This document shows, in pieces, positions 53,807 through 64,000 of a stretch of DNA of 64,000 nucleotides. The notes under the pieces are model-generated. The model searched no databases, had not been told where the DNA came from, and was given only the letters and a program-made list of their open reading frames with translations. The stretch comes from Chiloscyllium plagiosum (taxonomy: Eukaryota). The stretch lies in NCBI RefSeq assembly GCF_004010195.1, contig NC_057755.1:12594986-12658985 (forward strand), written 5' to 3'. Position 1 is the stretch's first letter, and each line of letters opens with the position of its first letter. The translations under genes and the position numbers were made by a program.

Positions 53807-54070
53807 TAGATTAGATTACTTACAGTGTGGAAACAGGCCCTTCGGCCCAACAAGTCCACACCGACCCATACCCCTAACACTATGGGCAATTTAGCAAGGC
53901 CAATTCACCTGACCTGCACATCTTTGGACTGTGGAAGGAAACCGGAGCACCCGGAGGAAACCCACGCAGTCACTGGGAGAATGTGCAAACTCCACATAGT
54001 CGCCTGAGGCAGGAATTGAACCCGGGTCTCTGGCACTGTGAGGCAGCAGTGCTAACCACTGTGCTGCCCA
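53807..54070 (-). mobile_element. HE1/V-SINE nested in CR1
   Basis: Tail through to head. Confidence 0.88.
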
Positions 54071-55479
54071 TTGAACTCTCTACCAAAGCCCTCTAGCTCC
54101 AAGTTCAGATTGCCCCCTTGGTGCTGAATGGGCCCTACTCTTTCCCTGCTTATCCTCTTTCTTTAATTTACTTATAGAATATATTGAGATTCTCCCTAAC
54201 CTTACCAGCTAATGTTTTTCATGCCCATTTTAACTTGCCTAACTTTTTGAAGGTCTCTTTGTGCTTTCTACACTCCACTAGGACCTCTGTTGATTTGCTC
54301 CACTTGTATCTGTTAAAAGCCTCTCTTTTCCTCCTTATCTAGATCTAATGCTTGTAGATACCCAGGATCCTCTGGGCTTGTTGCTCCTACATTTCACACT
54401 AAAAGGAACATGTTGGGCCTGGATTTTCCCTAATTTCTCCTTGAACACCCTCATTGTTCTGCTGTTGGTTTACCCACAAGTAGTTGTTCCCAGTCTATTT
54501 TCACCAGACTCTGCCATATTTTAATAAAACTCCTTCTTTTGCAGGCCATCTTTTTCCTTTTCCATAACAAACTTAAAATATATGGTACTGTGGTTGCTAT
54601 CACTAAAATGCTTCCTCACTGCCACTGTCTGGCTTTGTTCCCAAAAATAGATCCAGCAGCGCACCATCCCTTGTTGAGCTTTCTACCTGTTTCTATAAAA
54701 GCTTTTCTAAAAAAGCTTTTCTAAACACACTTCAAGAAATCTGTTCCCTTGAAACCCTTTACACTACAACGTTCCCAATTAATGTTGGGGAAATTGAAAT
54801 GGTCTAACATAATGACTTTGTTATTAGTATTATACATCTCAGTGAATTGTCTATATATCTGCTGCTGTATTGCATGCATTATTTGGGTGCCCATAATATA
54901 CTCTCGCAATGTGGCTGCTGCCTTTTTATTCCTAAGCTCAGTTCTCTCAATCTCCATTGAAGTCCCTTCCAAGGTATCGGCCCTCCTCGCTGCAGCAACT
55001 GACTCTTTGATAAACAACACAAAACTCTTTTCTTGCACTTTCCCCTGTCCTGCTGGGAGATCCTATATCCTGGAATTTTAAATTGCTCGTCCTGCCCCCC
55101 ACAATCACATCCCTATGATAACAAAATTGCAATTCGACATATCAATCCACACCCTTAGCTCATTTGTTTTACCTAGCATTACTCCTAGCAATACTCCTAG
55201 CATTAAAGTACAGGCCATCCAGCCTTGCCTTATTCACTTGAAACTCAACATAGCTCAACTCTGCCTTTTTGTTTAACTAAAGTGTGCTTTGCTCCTATTA
55301 ACGTCACGCTCTGTGTCCCTTCCCTGCTGAACTGATTTAGACTCCTACACTGATAAGGAATTGGATCAGTTCATTCGTTAGGGAGACAAAAACAGAACCT
55401 GCTGGAAAAACTCAGTAGGTCAGGCAGCATCCGTGGAAAGAGAGCAGAGTTAACGTTTTGGATCCAGTGATGCATCTCA

Positions 55480-57280
55480 GCAAAAGGGGACAAAAACTGA
55501 TAAGGAAAAAGAAACTATGAGTGCAATCTAGTGAAAATGAAAAAAAAAACTGACTGTAAAACCTTTTATAGATAGCAAAACATTTCCAGTTTTCTGTAAA
55601 ATGAATGTGGGCTCATTCTCAGCAGTTCGGGGAATTTGTAGTGGGGAATGTAGAAATGACAGAGAAGCTAACTGATTACTTTGTGTCTGTTTTCACTGAG
55701 AAAGATACAAGAATCTCCAAGAACGAGATCCAAGTGACTAGGCAGAATGAAGAGTTAAAGGGAATTAGTTTGAGTAAAAAGATTAGACAGAAGAAATTAA
55801 GAAGCTAAAAGTTCATAAATCCCTAAAGTCTAATATTCTGCATCCCAAGTATTGAAGAAGATGGCTATAGAAATGGTCAATGCATTGGTGAGTGTTTTCC
55901 AAAATTCTATAGATTCTGAAATGATTCCTATAGGTGGAGGATAGCAAATCTCACTCCATTATTAAAGAAGGGAGCAAGAGAGAAAACTGGGAGCCACAAA
56001 CGTGGCAGCCCTGTGTCAGTAGTAGTGAAATTGCTGAAATCTGTTATAAAGACTTGGATAATAATGATCTGATTGGGCATAGCCAGCATAGATTTGTGCA
56101 TTGGAAATAGCGTTTGTTTGACAAACTTGTTTGGAGTTTTTTTTAAGTTACTAACGAAATTGATAATGGAGAGTTGACAGGCAGAGTGTATATGTTGATA
56201 AACAGAAGAGTTTTTGAGAGTCTCCTGCAGAAGGCTGGTTAGAACAATTAAAGCACGTGGGATAGGAGGTAACGTATTGGTGTGGATTAATGATTGGCTG
56301 AGAGATTGAAAAACAACGAGGAATGAATGGGTCATTCTCTGATTGATAGGCTGTGACTAATGGGTGTCAAGAGTGTGGTGGTGGAAAAGCAAGCAGGTCA
56401 GGCAGTATCTGAGGAGCAGGAGAATCGACATTTTGGGCAAGAGCCCTTCATCAGGAATGTGATAAATGGGGTACTGCAAGGATCAGTACTTGCATCCTGG
56501 CGGTCCGCAATATATATCAATGATTTGAAGAGAGGGACCAAATGAAATATTTTCAAATTTGTGAATGATAAAAAAATTGTGTTGAGTAGGCTTAGCAAAT
56601 GGGCAAGAACATGGCAGATGAAATAAAATGTAATAAAATGTGAGGTTGACTTTGGTAAGAGAAATAGATGTGCACAGTATTTCTTAAATGGTAAGAAGTT
56701 GGAAAATGTAGAGATACAAAGGGACCTATGTGTCTTAGTAGATAAGTAAAAGGCTTATTTAATAAGGCACCTGGGTGCAGCAAGCTATTGGAAGGTTAAT
56801 GGAATGTTAGCTTTATTACAAGAGGATTTGAGTACACAAATAGTAAAGTTTTGATTCAATAACATTGGAACTTAGTTAAACTGCACCTTAAGAATTGGGT
56901 GCAGTTTTAGATTAGATTAGATTAGATTACTTACAGTGTGGAAACAGGCCCTTCGGCCCAACAAGTCCACACCGCCCCGCCGAAGCGCAACCCACCCATA
57001 CCCCTTACCTAACACTACGGGCAATTGAGCATGGCCAATTCACCTGACCTGCACATCTTTGGACTGTGGGAGGAAACCGGAGCACCCGGAGGAAACCCAC
57101 GCAGACACTGGGAGAATGTGCAAACTCCACACAGTCAATCGCCTGAGGCGGGAATTGAACCCGGGTCTCTGGCGCTGTGAGGCAGCACTGCTAACCACGT
57201 TTTGGACATCTTATTTCTGAAAGGTATTCTTGCCATAAAGAGAGTCCATGGCTCACTGAATGGCCTACTCCTGTTCCTAT
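55480..57280 (+). mobile_element. CR1 ORF2 relic with a nested Penelope repeat (about 56365-56458) and HE1 SINE (56907-57198, minus)
   Basis: DYFVSVFTEKD and GVLQGSVL...IYINDL motifs; the inserts are recognisable by identity to other copies. Confidence 0.8.
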
Positions 57281-57596
57281 ATCTGGTAAAGAAATCTGTC
57301 AACATTGCCAAAAAGACACAGGAAGTTGAAGCTTCTACCTGGCACTTGGATGAGTGCTTAAATTCTGCGCTTCAAAATTATTTCTTAATCTGTTATTGAT
57401 ACAATTTCTAAGTCCTGTATTATTCCTGAATTTTATGTTAACAAATAATATAGCAGGCAGCATAGCTTTTTGCTACAATCTGGAACAGTGTGTCATTGTC
57501 GACAAATGTTCCTGTAAGTAACAAATATGTGCCTATTTGTAGTTCAGTTTAGCAACAAACATTCAAGTTAAAATACTGTGTCCATCACAGTAATGG

Positions 57597-57808
57597 GAGA
57601 AAGTGAGGACTGCAGATGGTGGAGATCAGAGCTGAAAATGTGTTGCTGGAAAAGCGCAGCAGGTCAGGCAGCATCCAAGGAGCAGGAGAATTGACATTTT
57701 GGGCATGAGCCCTTCTTCAGGAAGAAGGGCTCATGCCCAAAACGTCGATTCTCCTGCTCCTTGGATGCTGCCTGACCTGCTGCGTTTCTCCAGCAACACA
57801 TTTTCAGC
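57597..57808. mobile_element. Palindromic Penelope-derived element (family 1)
   Basis: Near-perfect inverted arms; perfect 15 bp TSD ccatcacagtaatgg (57582-57596, 57809-57823). Confidence 0.88.
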
Positions 57809-58695
57809 CCATCACAGTAATGGATTGGACAAAAGCAGCAGAAATGCCTGCAGAATTTCCAGATCTGAGTTCTTCACAGAAAGAACTGTGACATCATTGA
57901 CCCTGAAGGGTTAATATCACACACTAAATTACCAATAACTGATCAGTGTTTGGAAGTGGAATATGAATCCTCAAAACTGGACATAGTTCAAAAGATCAGT
58001 TAAAAATCTAAGGAATTGTGTGATAAACTCAAACTGTAAGGGGAAAAAGAAATTGCAAAATGAAGAAACTGTTGATGTTGCTCAGATGGGAATTAATAAC
58101 ATTTATTTAAAATGAGATCATCAAATAAGGATTACAAGAGGATTAGAAGATACATAAACTTCAATCAAACATGACCATCAATCATTTGAACATTTAAAAA
58201 AGAGATTGACTGTTTTTCCTAGAGGGCTTTTATCAACAAAGGAATAAATTGTTGACACAAGTATCTGCTTTGAACAAGTTTACTCTAAAAGAAAACTTCC
58301 ATTGTCTGGGTCTAGAAAATGAACTTGATGAAGACATTTCTACAGCTGAGCAAGAAGAAAGAGATTGTGTAACTGTGGAATTAACCAGGACCTTAGCTTC
58401 AAATGTGAAAAATTGTAGACATGAAGAACGTCCTGTCTCAAAACAAACTCTGAGCAAACTTTGTCAAAAAAAAGTCTACAAATTCAGAATGAAAAATCCC
58501 TTTTGCAGCAGGGATTTTGGATTTTATTAATTGTAAACAGAAAACACTGCACAAAATAATATTCTGTGTCTGAAAAGTGGCCTGTGATTCTTGGCATGGA
58601 ATTCAGAGCATGCAATTATTGAGGTGGATGTATTTGGTCATTGGAGGAATGATTATGCGGTATTGCATGTGGTAAGATAATTGTTAAGATATACA

Positions 58696-59110
58696 CTGTA
58701 TATACTCGAGTAAAAGTTGACCCCCTATTTTTGACCAAAACCTAGAATTTTCCATATATCTCGTGTAAAAGTTGACTCTAGTTTTTTTTACAGATAACAG
58801 ATCAACATTTGAGTCAGTGTGCTGACCGTCACATCCTGCTCCAGCTTTCCAGTCTGCTGGTTGTCCCTCACCGTGCTCCATCTTCCAGTCCACTGGCTGT
58901 TGGGTTCCACTCCAAGTTTTCAGAACTACAATAACTCCCCTTTTTTTCTTTATTTGTTGAGAGATCAATTGGGCTTCTGCTAATGATATGGTATGAATTT
59001 TGACGGGCATGAATTTCAGCCTCTCAAAAGTAGTAGCCATGTGATTGACCCCATAAATTTAACCTTAAAAAGTAGTTGAAAAAATTTGACTATTACTCGA
59101 GTATGTACTG
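58696..59110. mobile_element. Non-autonomous DNA transposon (Tc1/mariner Tc2/pogo-like MITE)
   Basis: Terminal inverted repeats ctgtatatactcgagtaaaagt / actattactcgagtatgtac, with a subterminal repeat at 58756-58778. Confidence 0.6.
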
Positions 59111-59767
59111 AAAGCACGTCAATGAATTCTCATTTCCTTGTGCAGGAACATGTTGTAAAAGTCTAGTTCATTATTTTCATGTTTCTGAAAATAACTTTTA
59201 GAAATTGATGTTTCAACAGTAGGTAAATAGGGCATCTGAGAAATTGATAAATAACCCTGAAGTAAATGCCATTCACAGCAAGCTTGGAGTTAGCCTACAA
59301 TTCAAGTGTAATCATGTTGATGGTGAAAAACTTGAACAATAAATGATTTGTCTCTAAGCTTGTAATAGAGTCTGAAGAGGCAGCAGTTACAACCATTAGA
59401 AATATAAATTATTTGATGCATCGTGTTGTGTTAAAAGTAAATTTTAAAAAAAATTTGTTTGCATCAGCCCAAAACATCCATAGATTATAGGGATGTTTGA
59501 AGCCGGGAAATGGAGCTTAGAGTGAACACATGAGCTCTTTAAAGAAAACTGAAGGAAAGATCCCCCCAAAATGTATACATTGAGGAATAACCAGAACACT
59601 AAAGAGAATTAAATATCCCTGGAGGACTATGTATATCTTCTGAGTTGGTCCCAGGAGAAGTGAATAAACTTTTAAGATTTCATAAGAGGAGAGAATTCTT
59701 GGGGTGGAGTTAAATCTTGACAGCCCTAGCCAGGATTTAACAATTCTATGACCTGTTTGTTTTACAG

Positions 59768-60001
59768 AAGCAAAGGAGGCTTGTTGAAAGCCAAAGAAAT
59801 TCTGACTCGCCTGGGCCTGGAGCCATCAGACGAGGATTGCATTGCTGTACAGCATGTTTGTACAATTGTTTCTTTCCGTTCAGCCAATCTGTGTGCTGCT
59901 GCCCTTGGAGCTATCCTGACCCGACTTCGTGATAATAAAGGTGTGCCAAGGCTCCGCACTACAGTGGGAGTGGATGGGTCACTCTACAAGATGCATCCAC
60001 A
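59768..60001 (+). CDS. HK1: Hexokinase exon 9, 234 bp
   Basis: Boundaries ttacag|AAGCAAA...CCACA|gtaagt. Encodes [77 protein letters not shown](Q), strongly HK1-like. Confidence 0.96.
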
Positions 60002-60094
60002 GTAAGTCATTGCTATCAATTACTTTACTTAATTCTAAAATAGACCTTCAAATTGAACTGCACACTCTGCTTTCAAGAATGACAAGCTGACAAG

Positions 60095-63000
60095 TTTTTT
60101 GATAGATATTTTTATTGAAAAAGAAGACTTAAGATTTTTTACAAAATTACAAAAATAATACAAACTAGTATGTTCACTTTACAATACAATAACAACCCCA
60201 ATATGAAATTTTTTAAAAAACTACTTCTCTATTCTACAAATAATCAAAATATAAAATAGGGTATCATACATTACTAACAATAAACAAATAGGTAAATAAA
60301 TAACTAAATACATACTCAAAATAGATTTATATCAAGTCCTAACAAATCCCACATTTATAAAGGATTCCTCCTCCCAGGAGCCCCCGAACCAGCCAGAACC
60401 ATTACCACAGCTAAGTAAAGGCCCTGGACAATGTGGCCAAAATATCTGTGTCAGTATAGTTCAAAAAGGGCTGCCATGTTCTATAAAATAATTCAGTTTT
60501 TTGGTGCACCATTTTCGTAAGGAAGTCAAGGGGGATATATTCCATGACTAAGCTGTACCAGTTTGAAAGTCCTGGGGGACCTTCGGGTACCCAATTCACT
60601 AAAATATTTTTACTCGCACAAAAGGAAAGGATAGTGAATAATTTCCTCCCATATACATCCAAAGAGGGGAAATTTGGGGAGCCCAAGAGTAGGGACACCT
60701 GAGTCCAATCCAATCTCCATACCCGAAATCTTTGCCAAGGCATTCGCTACTCTGTCTCAATACCTAAGGATCTAATGGCATGTCCACAGATAATGTGTAA
60801 GAGTACCAACTTCGATTTTGCATTTAGGACACGTTGGAGATGCGCCTGCCTTGAATTTTGCAAGTCGTTCAGGTGCCACGTGAGCCCTGTGAAATATCTT
60901 CAATTGAGTAGCCTGAATTCTGTTACAGATAGACACCTTCCTGGTATTTTCCCAGACGTCCTCCCACATTTCTAAGGAGATTTCCAACCCTAGTTCTTGA
61001 CTTCAGGTTTTATATAACCATTCCATGTCCTTCGATACCTTATTGCATAACGGGTGGTAGAGAGTACTGACCGAGGGAGGGTCCATCGGCCGAAGCACAC
61101 TCCTTTCCCTATCCGATTGCAAGGATAGATTATCAGTGAAGTCTTCTTTTGTATAAAGTCTCATATTTGAAAATACCGAAAGAGGTCCCTGCTGGGTAGC
61201 CCAAACTTCTGGCGTAATTGCTTAAAGGACATCATGAATGCCCCATTGAACGGAGATACCTCTGGACTCCCAGATTTTGAATATAGCATCAGTCAGCCCT
61301 GGCTGAAATCCTAATGTTCCCACTATAGGGTTATAAGGGGAGGATTTTTTGCAGGTTACCCTCATCTTGTTGCATTATTCTCCAGGCTTTGATTGTATTT
61401 AACACAGTAGGGTTTTTACAATAATCCGTAATAACTGTCATCTTGTCCATAAATAGTAGATTGATCAGAGAACATTTTGCCTGGGAGGCCTCAATATTTA
61501 ACCAGATTGGATCTCTTGTGACCCACAATCAATCAGCTACATAGGATAATAGGGAGCTCAGTTGGTACCTCCTGAAATCCGGAAAGTCCAGTCCTCTCCT
61601 TACTTGTGGAAGCTGCAGCTTTCCTAATTTGATAAGGGGCCGTCTATGACTCCAAATAAAGGAGCCGAGCCAGCCATAAAGCTTACGCAGCGCCTGCCTC
61701 GGCAGCATCAAGGGTATATAAGACGGGGTAAAATATTCATCTCAACTAAAGCGACTCTGCCTAACCAAGATATCGGGAGATCTTCCCATCGTTGAAGGTC
61801 CTGTCTTATTTTCTCCAATAAGTGTGTACAATTGGCTATATATAGCTGACCAAATGCCGGAGTGATGAAAATACCTAAGTACAGAAAACCTTCTAGTGAC
61901 CATCGAAAGGGAAAAGAGGATCTGTCCGCAAAACTGGATATACTGGCAAGACCTCCCAGTGGCATGGCATCTGATTTCATAAAATTGATTTTGTGGTCTG
62001 AGAACATACCAAATAAATTGACCACTTGAATTAGGTGGGGCACAGATGTCAAAGGATCACTTAAGAAAAGGAGGACTTCATCCGCATAGAGAGTAATTTT
62101 GTGCTTGCCTGATCCAACCTCCGGAGCCGATATGTTAGGGTCAGTTTGTATAGCTTCTGACAACGGCTCAATCACTAGCAAAAATAATAATGGTGAGAGA
62201 GGACATCCCTGACGACAGCCCTTGCGACGCTAAAGCTACCCAAACTTAAACTGTTAATGATCACCACTGCTTTGGGATCATTTATATAACTCATTTAGTA
62301 AAAACCTCTCCAACACCAAACCGCTACAGTGTATAAAAAAAGATATGGCCATTCTACCTGATCGAATGCCTTCTCTGCATCAAGGGAGACCACTAAACTC
62401 AGTATTGTTCCCTGTTGGCAGGCTTGTACCTTATTTAAGATTCTTCTAATGTTATTAGTTGATCTGTGATCCTTTATATACCCCGTCTGGTCTTCTTTTA
62501 TAATGAATGGTAAGACTCTCTCCAGACTTAATGCTAAATTTGAGAGAATTTTAAAATCTACGTTTAACAAGGGTCTATATGAGGAGCAGTCTTCTGGGGT
62601 CTTTCCCTTCTTAAGAATGAGAGAAATATTTGCTTCTCTCAGCGAAGGCGGGAGGCAGCCCTGACTGTGAATAGTTTTATATATATTTATAAGTGGCCTG
62701 GCCAGTTCCCTATAAATTCTTTATAAAACTTAGCCTGGACTCTCTCTGGTCCAGGCGCTTTGCCACTCTGAATCTGCCTCACCACTTCTTGTACTTCCTG
62801 GGTTGCCAGGGGGCATTCAAGAATGACACCTGCTCTGAGGGTAGGCCCAGGAGGGCCAGATTTTTAAAGAAAGACTCCGTCTTCCTCGTTCTGTCCTCAG
62901 TCCTGTGACTTATACAATTCAAAATAGTACTTCCTAAAGGCTGCATTGAGCTTTTTATGATGATAAGTCAAGGTACCAGTACTGTCTCTAATGGATGTAA

Positions 63001-64000
63001 TGGCTTGGGAGCCTTTTTCTTTCTGGTAAGGTACGCTAGAAAGCTGCCAGGCTTATTACCGTATTCGAATAGCTTCTGCTTTGTGAATAAAATCTCCCTC
63101 TTTGTGTTTGAGTAAATGCAGTATTCAAGGTTGCCCTAAGGGCTGTGATCCACTGTAGTTTAGTAATGGAGGGCCTATCAACATACGCTGTCACAGTTGC
63201 CTTTAGGTAAGCATCGAGTAGACACTGTTGCTCTCCCTTTTTGTCATTTCCAGGTTGCAGAATGTTAGATAACCAAGCCTCGCGTGTATGCCTTTGCGGT
63301 CTCCCGCATCGTCTAGGGGTTCCTGGCCGTGCCCGAGTTGATATCCCAGTAGGTTTTAAATTCCTGCGAAAAATATTTTATGAACTTCTTATCCTTCAGT
63401 AAAAAAGGGTCCATATGCCAGTGTTGGGGACCTATGCCATCATCACTAGTCTTAACCTCCATGTATACTGCGGCATGGTCAGAGATAGTTATATTCCCTA
63501 TTTTACAGGACAATATAGAGTTCAAAAGGGTCAAGGGGACAAAAAACATATTGATTCTGGTATGGCACTTGTGTGGGTTAGAATAGAAAGTAAAGTCTGT
63601 ACCCTCTGGGTGGAGACAATTCCACACATCTACCAGCCCCAACTCCCTATTCAGATCCGCCAGCTGCCTAGATTTCAAAGATATGCCCGCAGAGCTCCTA
63701 GATATCCTGTCCGCCTCTGGGTCAATGATACAATTAAAATCTCCCCCTATAATTGTATGGCAGACCCCAAGAGCCATCAACTTAGAGAACGCTTCCGTTA
63801 CAAATTTAAAAGGGTGTGCCAGGGGGGCAATAAAGATTCAAAATCCCATATTCCTGTATGGGAATTCCTTGCTCACAGGGGGCACTACTACCTTCCATTA
63901 ACCCTGCCATAAGTTCTCCCAGCTAGGGCCCTGCCCTCAGCCCAGGCGTTACAAAATAAAATAAGTAAATTCCAGTATCTTATAAAACAGAAGTTAAATT
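60095..64000 (-). mobile_element. L1-clade LINE (ORF2 endonuclease, RT, zinc knuckle, 3' UTR), frameshifted, probably continuing past the window edge
   Basis: IIGGDFN...FTFYS...RINMF...ISDHAAV endonuclease; LDAEKAFDQVEW and LYADE RT; CPKC; AATAAA plus A tail at about 60095-60116 on the minus strand. Confidence 0.92.

Larger units (their letters stand above)
51390..55260 (-). mobile_element. Long CR1 ORF2 relic (endonuclease to 3' end) hosting several nested insertions
   Basis: VLGPLL, KLADSTK, PDELYPRLL and IMLDHFNFPNINW motifs in collinear order on the minus strand. Confidence 0.8.

Noticed and set aside
59488..59728. hAT-like MITE (taggg...cccta) just upstream of exon 9
   Set aside because: The TIR is short and imperfect and there is no convincing 8 bp TSD.

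Overview
Eukaryotic, repeat-rich intronic DNA, very probably from a shark or other cartilaginous fish, given the many HE1/V-SINE copies with (AATCT)n tails and the CR1, L2, L1, RTE and Penelope relics. The only host gene is a + strand hexokinase, most like HK1. Seven GT-AG coding exons are present (exons 3-9 in vertebrate numbering; 149/120/96/100/184/156/234 bp, 25005-60001) and they splice into one open frame covering most of the N-terminal half. Exons 1-2 and 10-18 were not found in the window. Nearly all other ORFs in the track are transposon debris or chance frames. The notable non-coding structure is: (i) three clear, possibly up to five, families of short Penelope-derived, often palindromic, TSD-flanked insertions carrying minimal hammerhead-ribozyme cores with family-specific compensatory stems; (ii) a TSD-flanked 5S rRNA + tRNA-like composite retroposon; (iii) a head-to-tail array of about 7 tRNA-like units separated by a recurring GATGAGTACAGAG motif; (iv) a perfect 147 x 18 bp minisatellite. 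No prokaryotic systems such as CRISPR are supported. Exon coordinates are exact; repeat boundaries are approximate and family names come from recalled motifs, not database searches.
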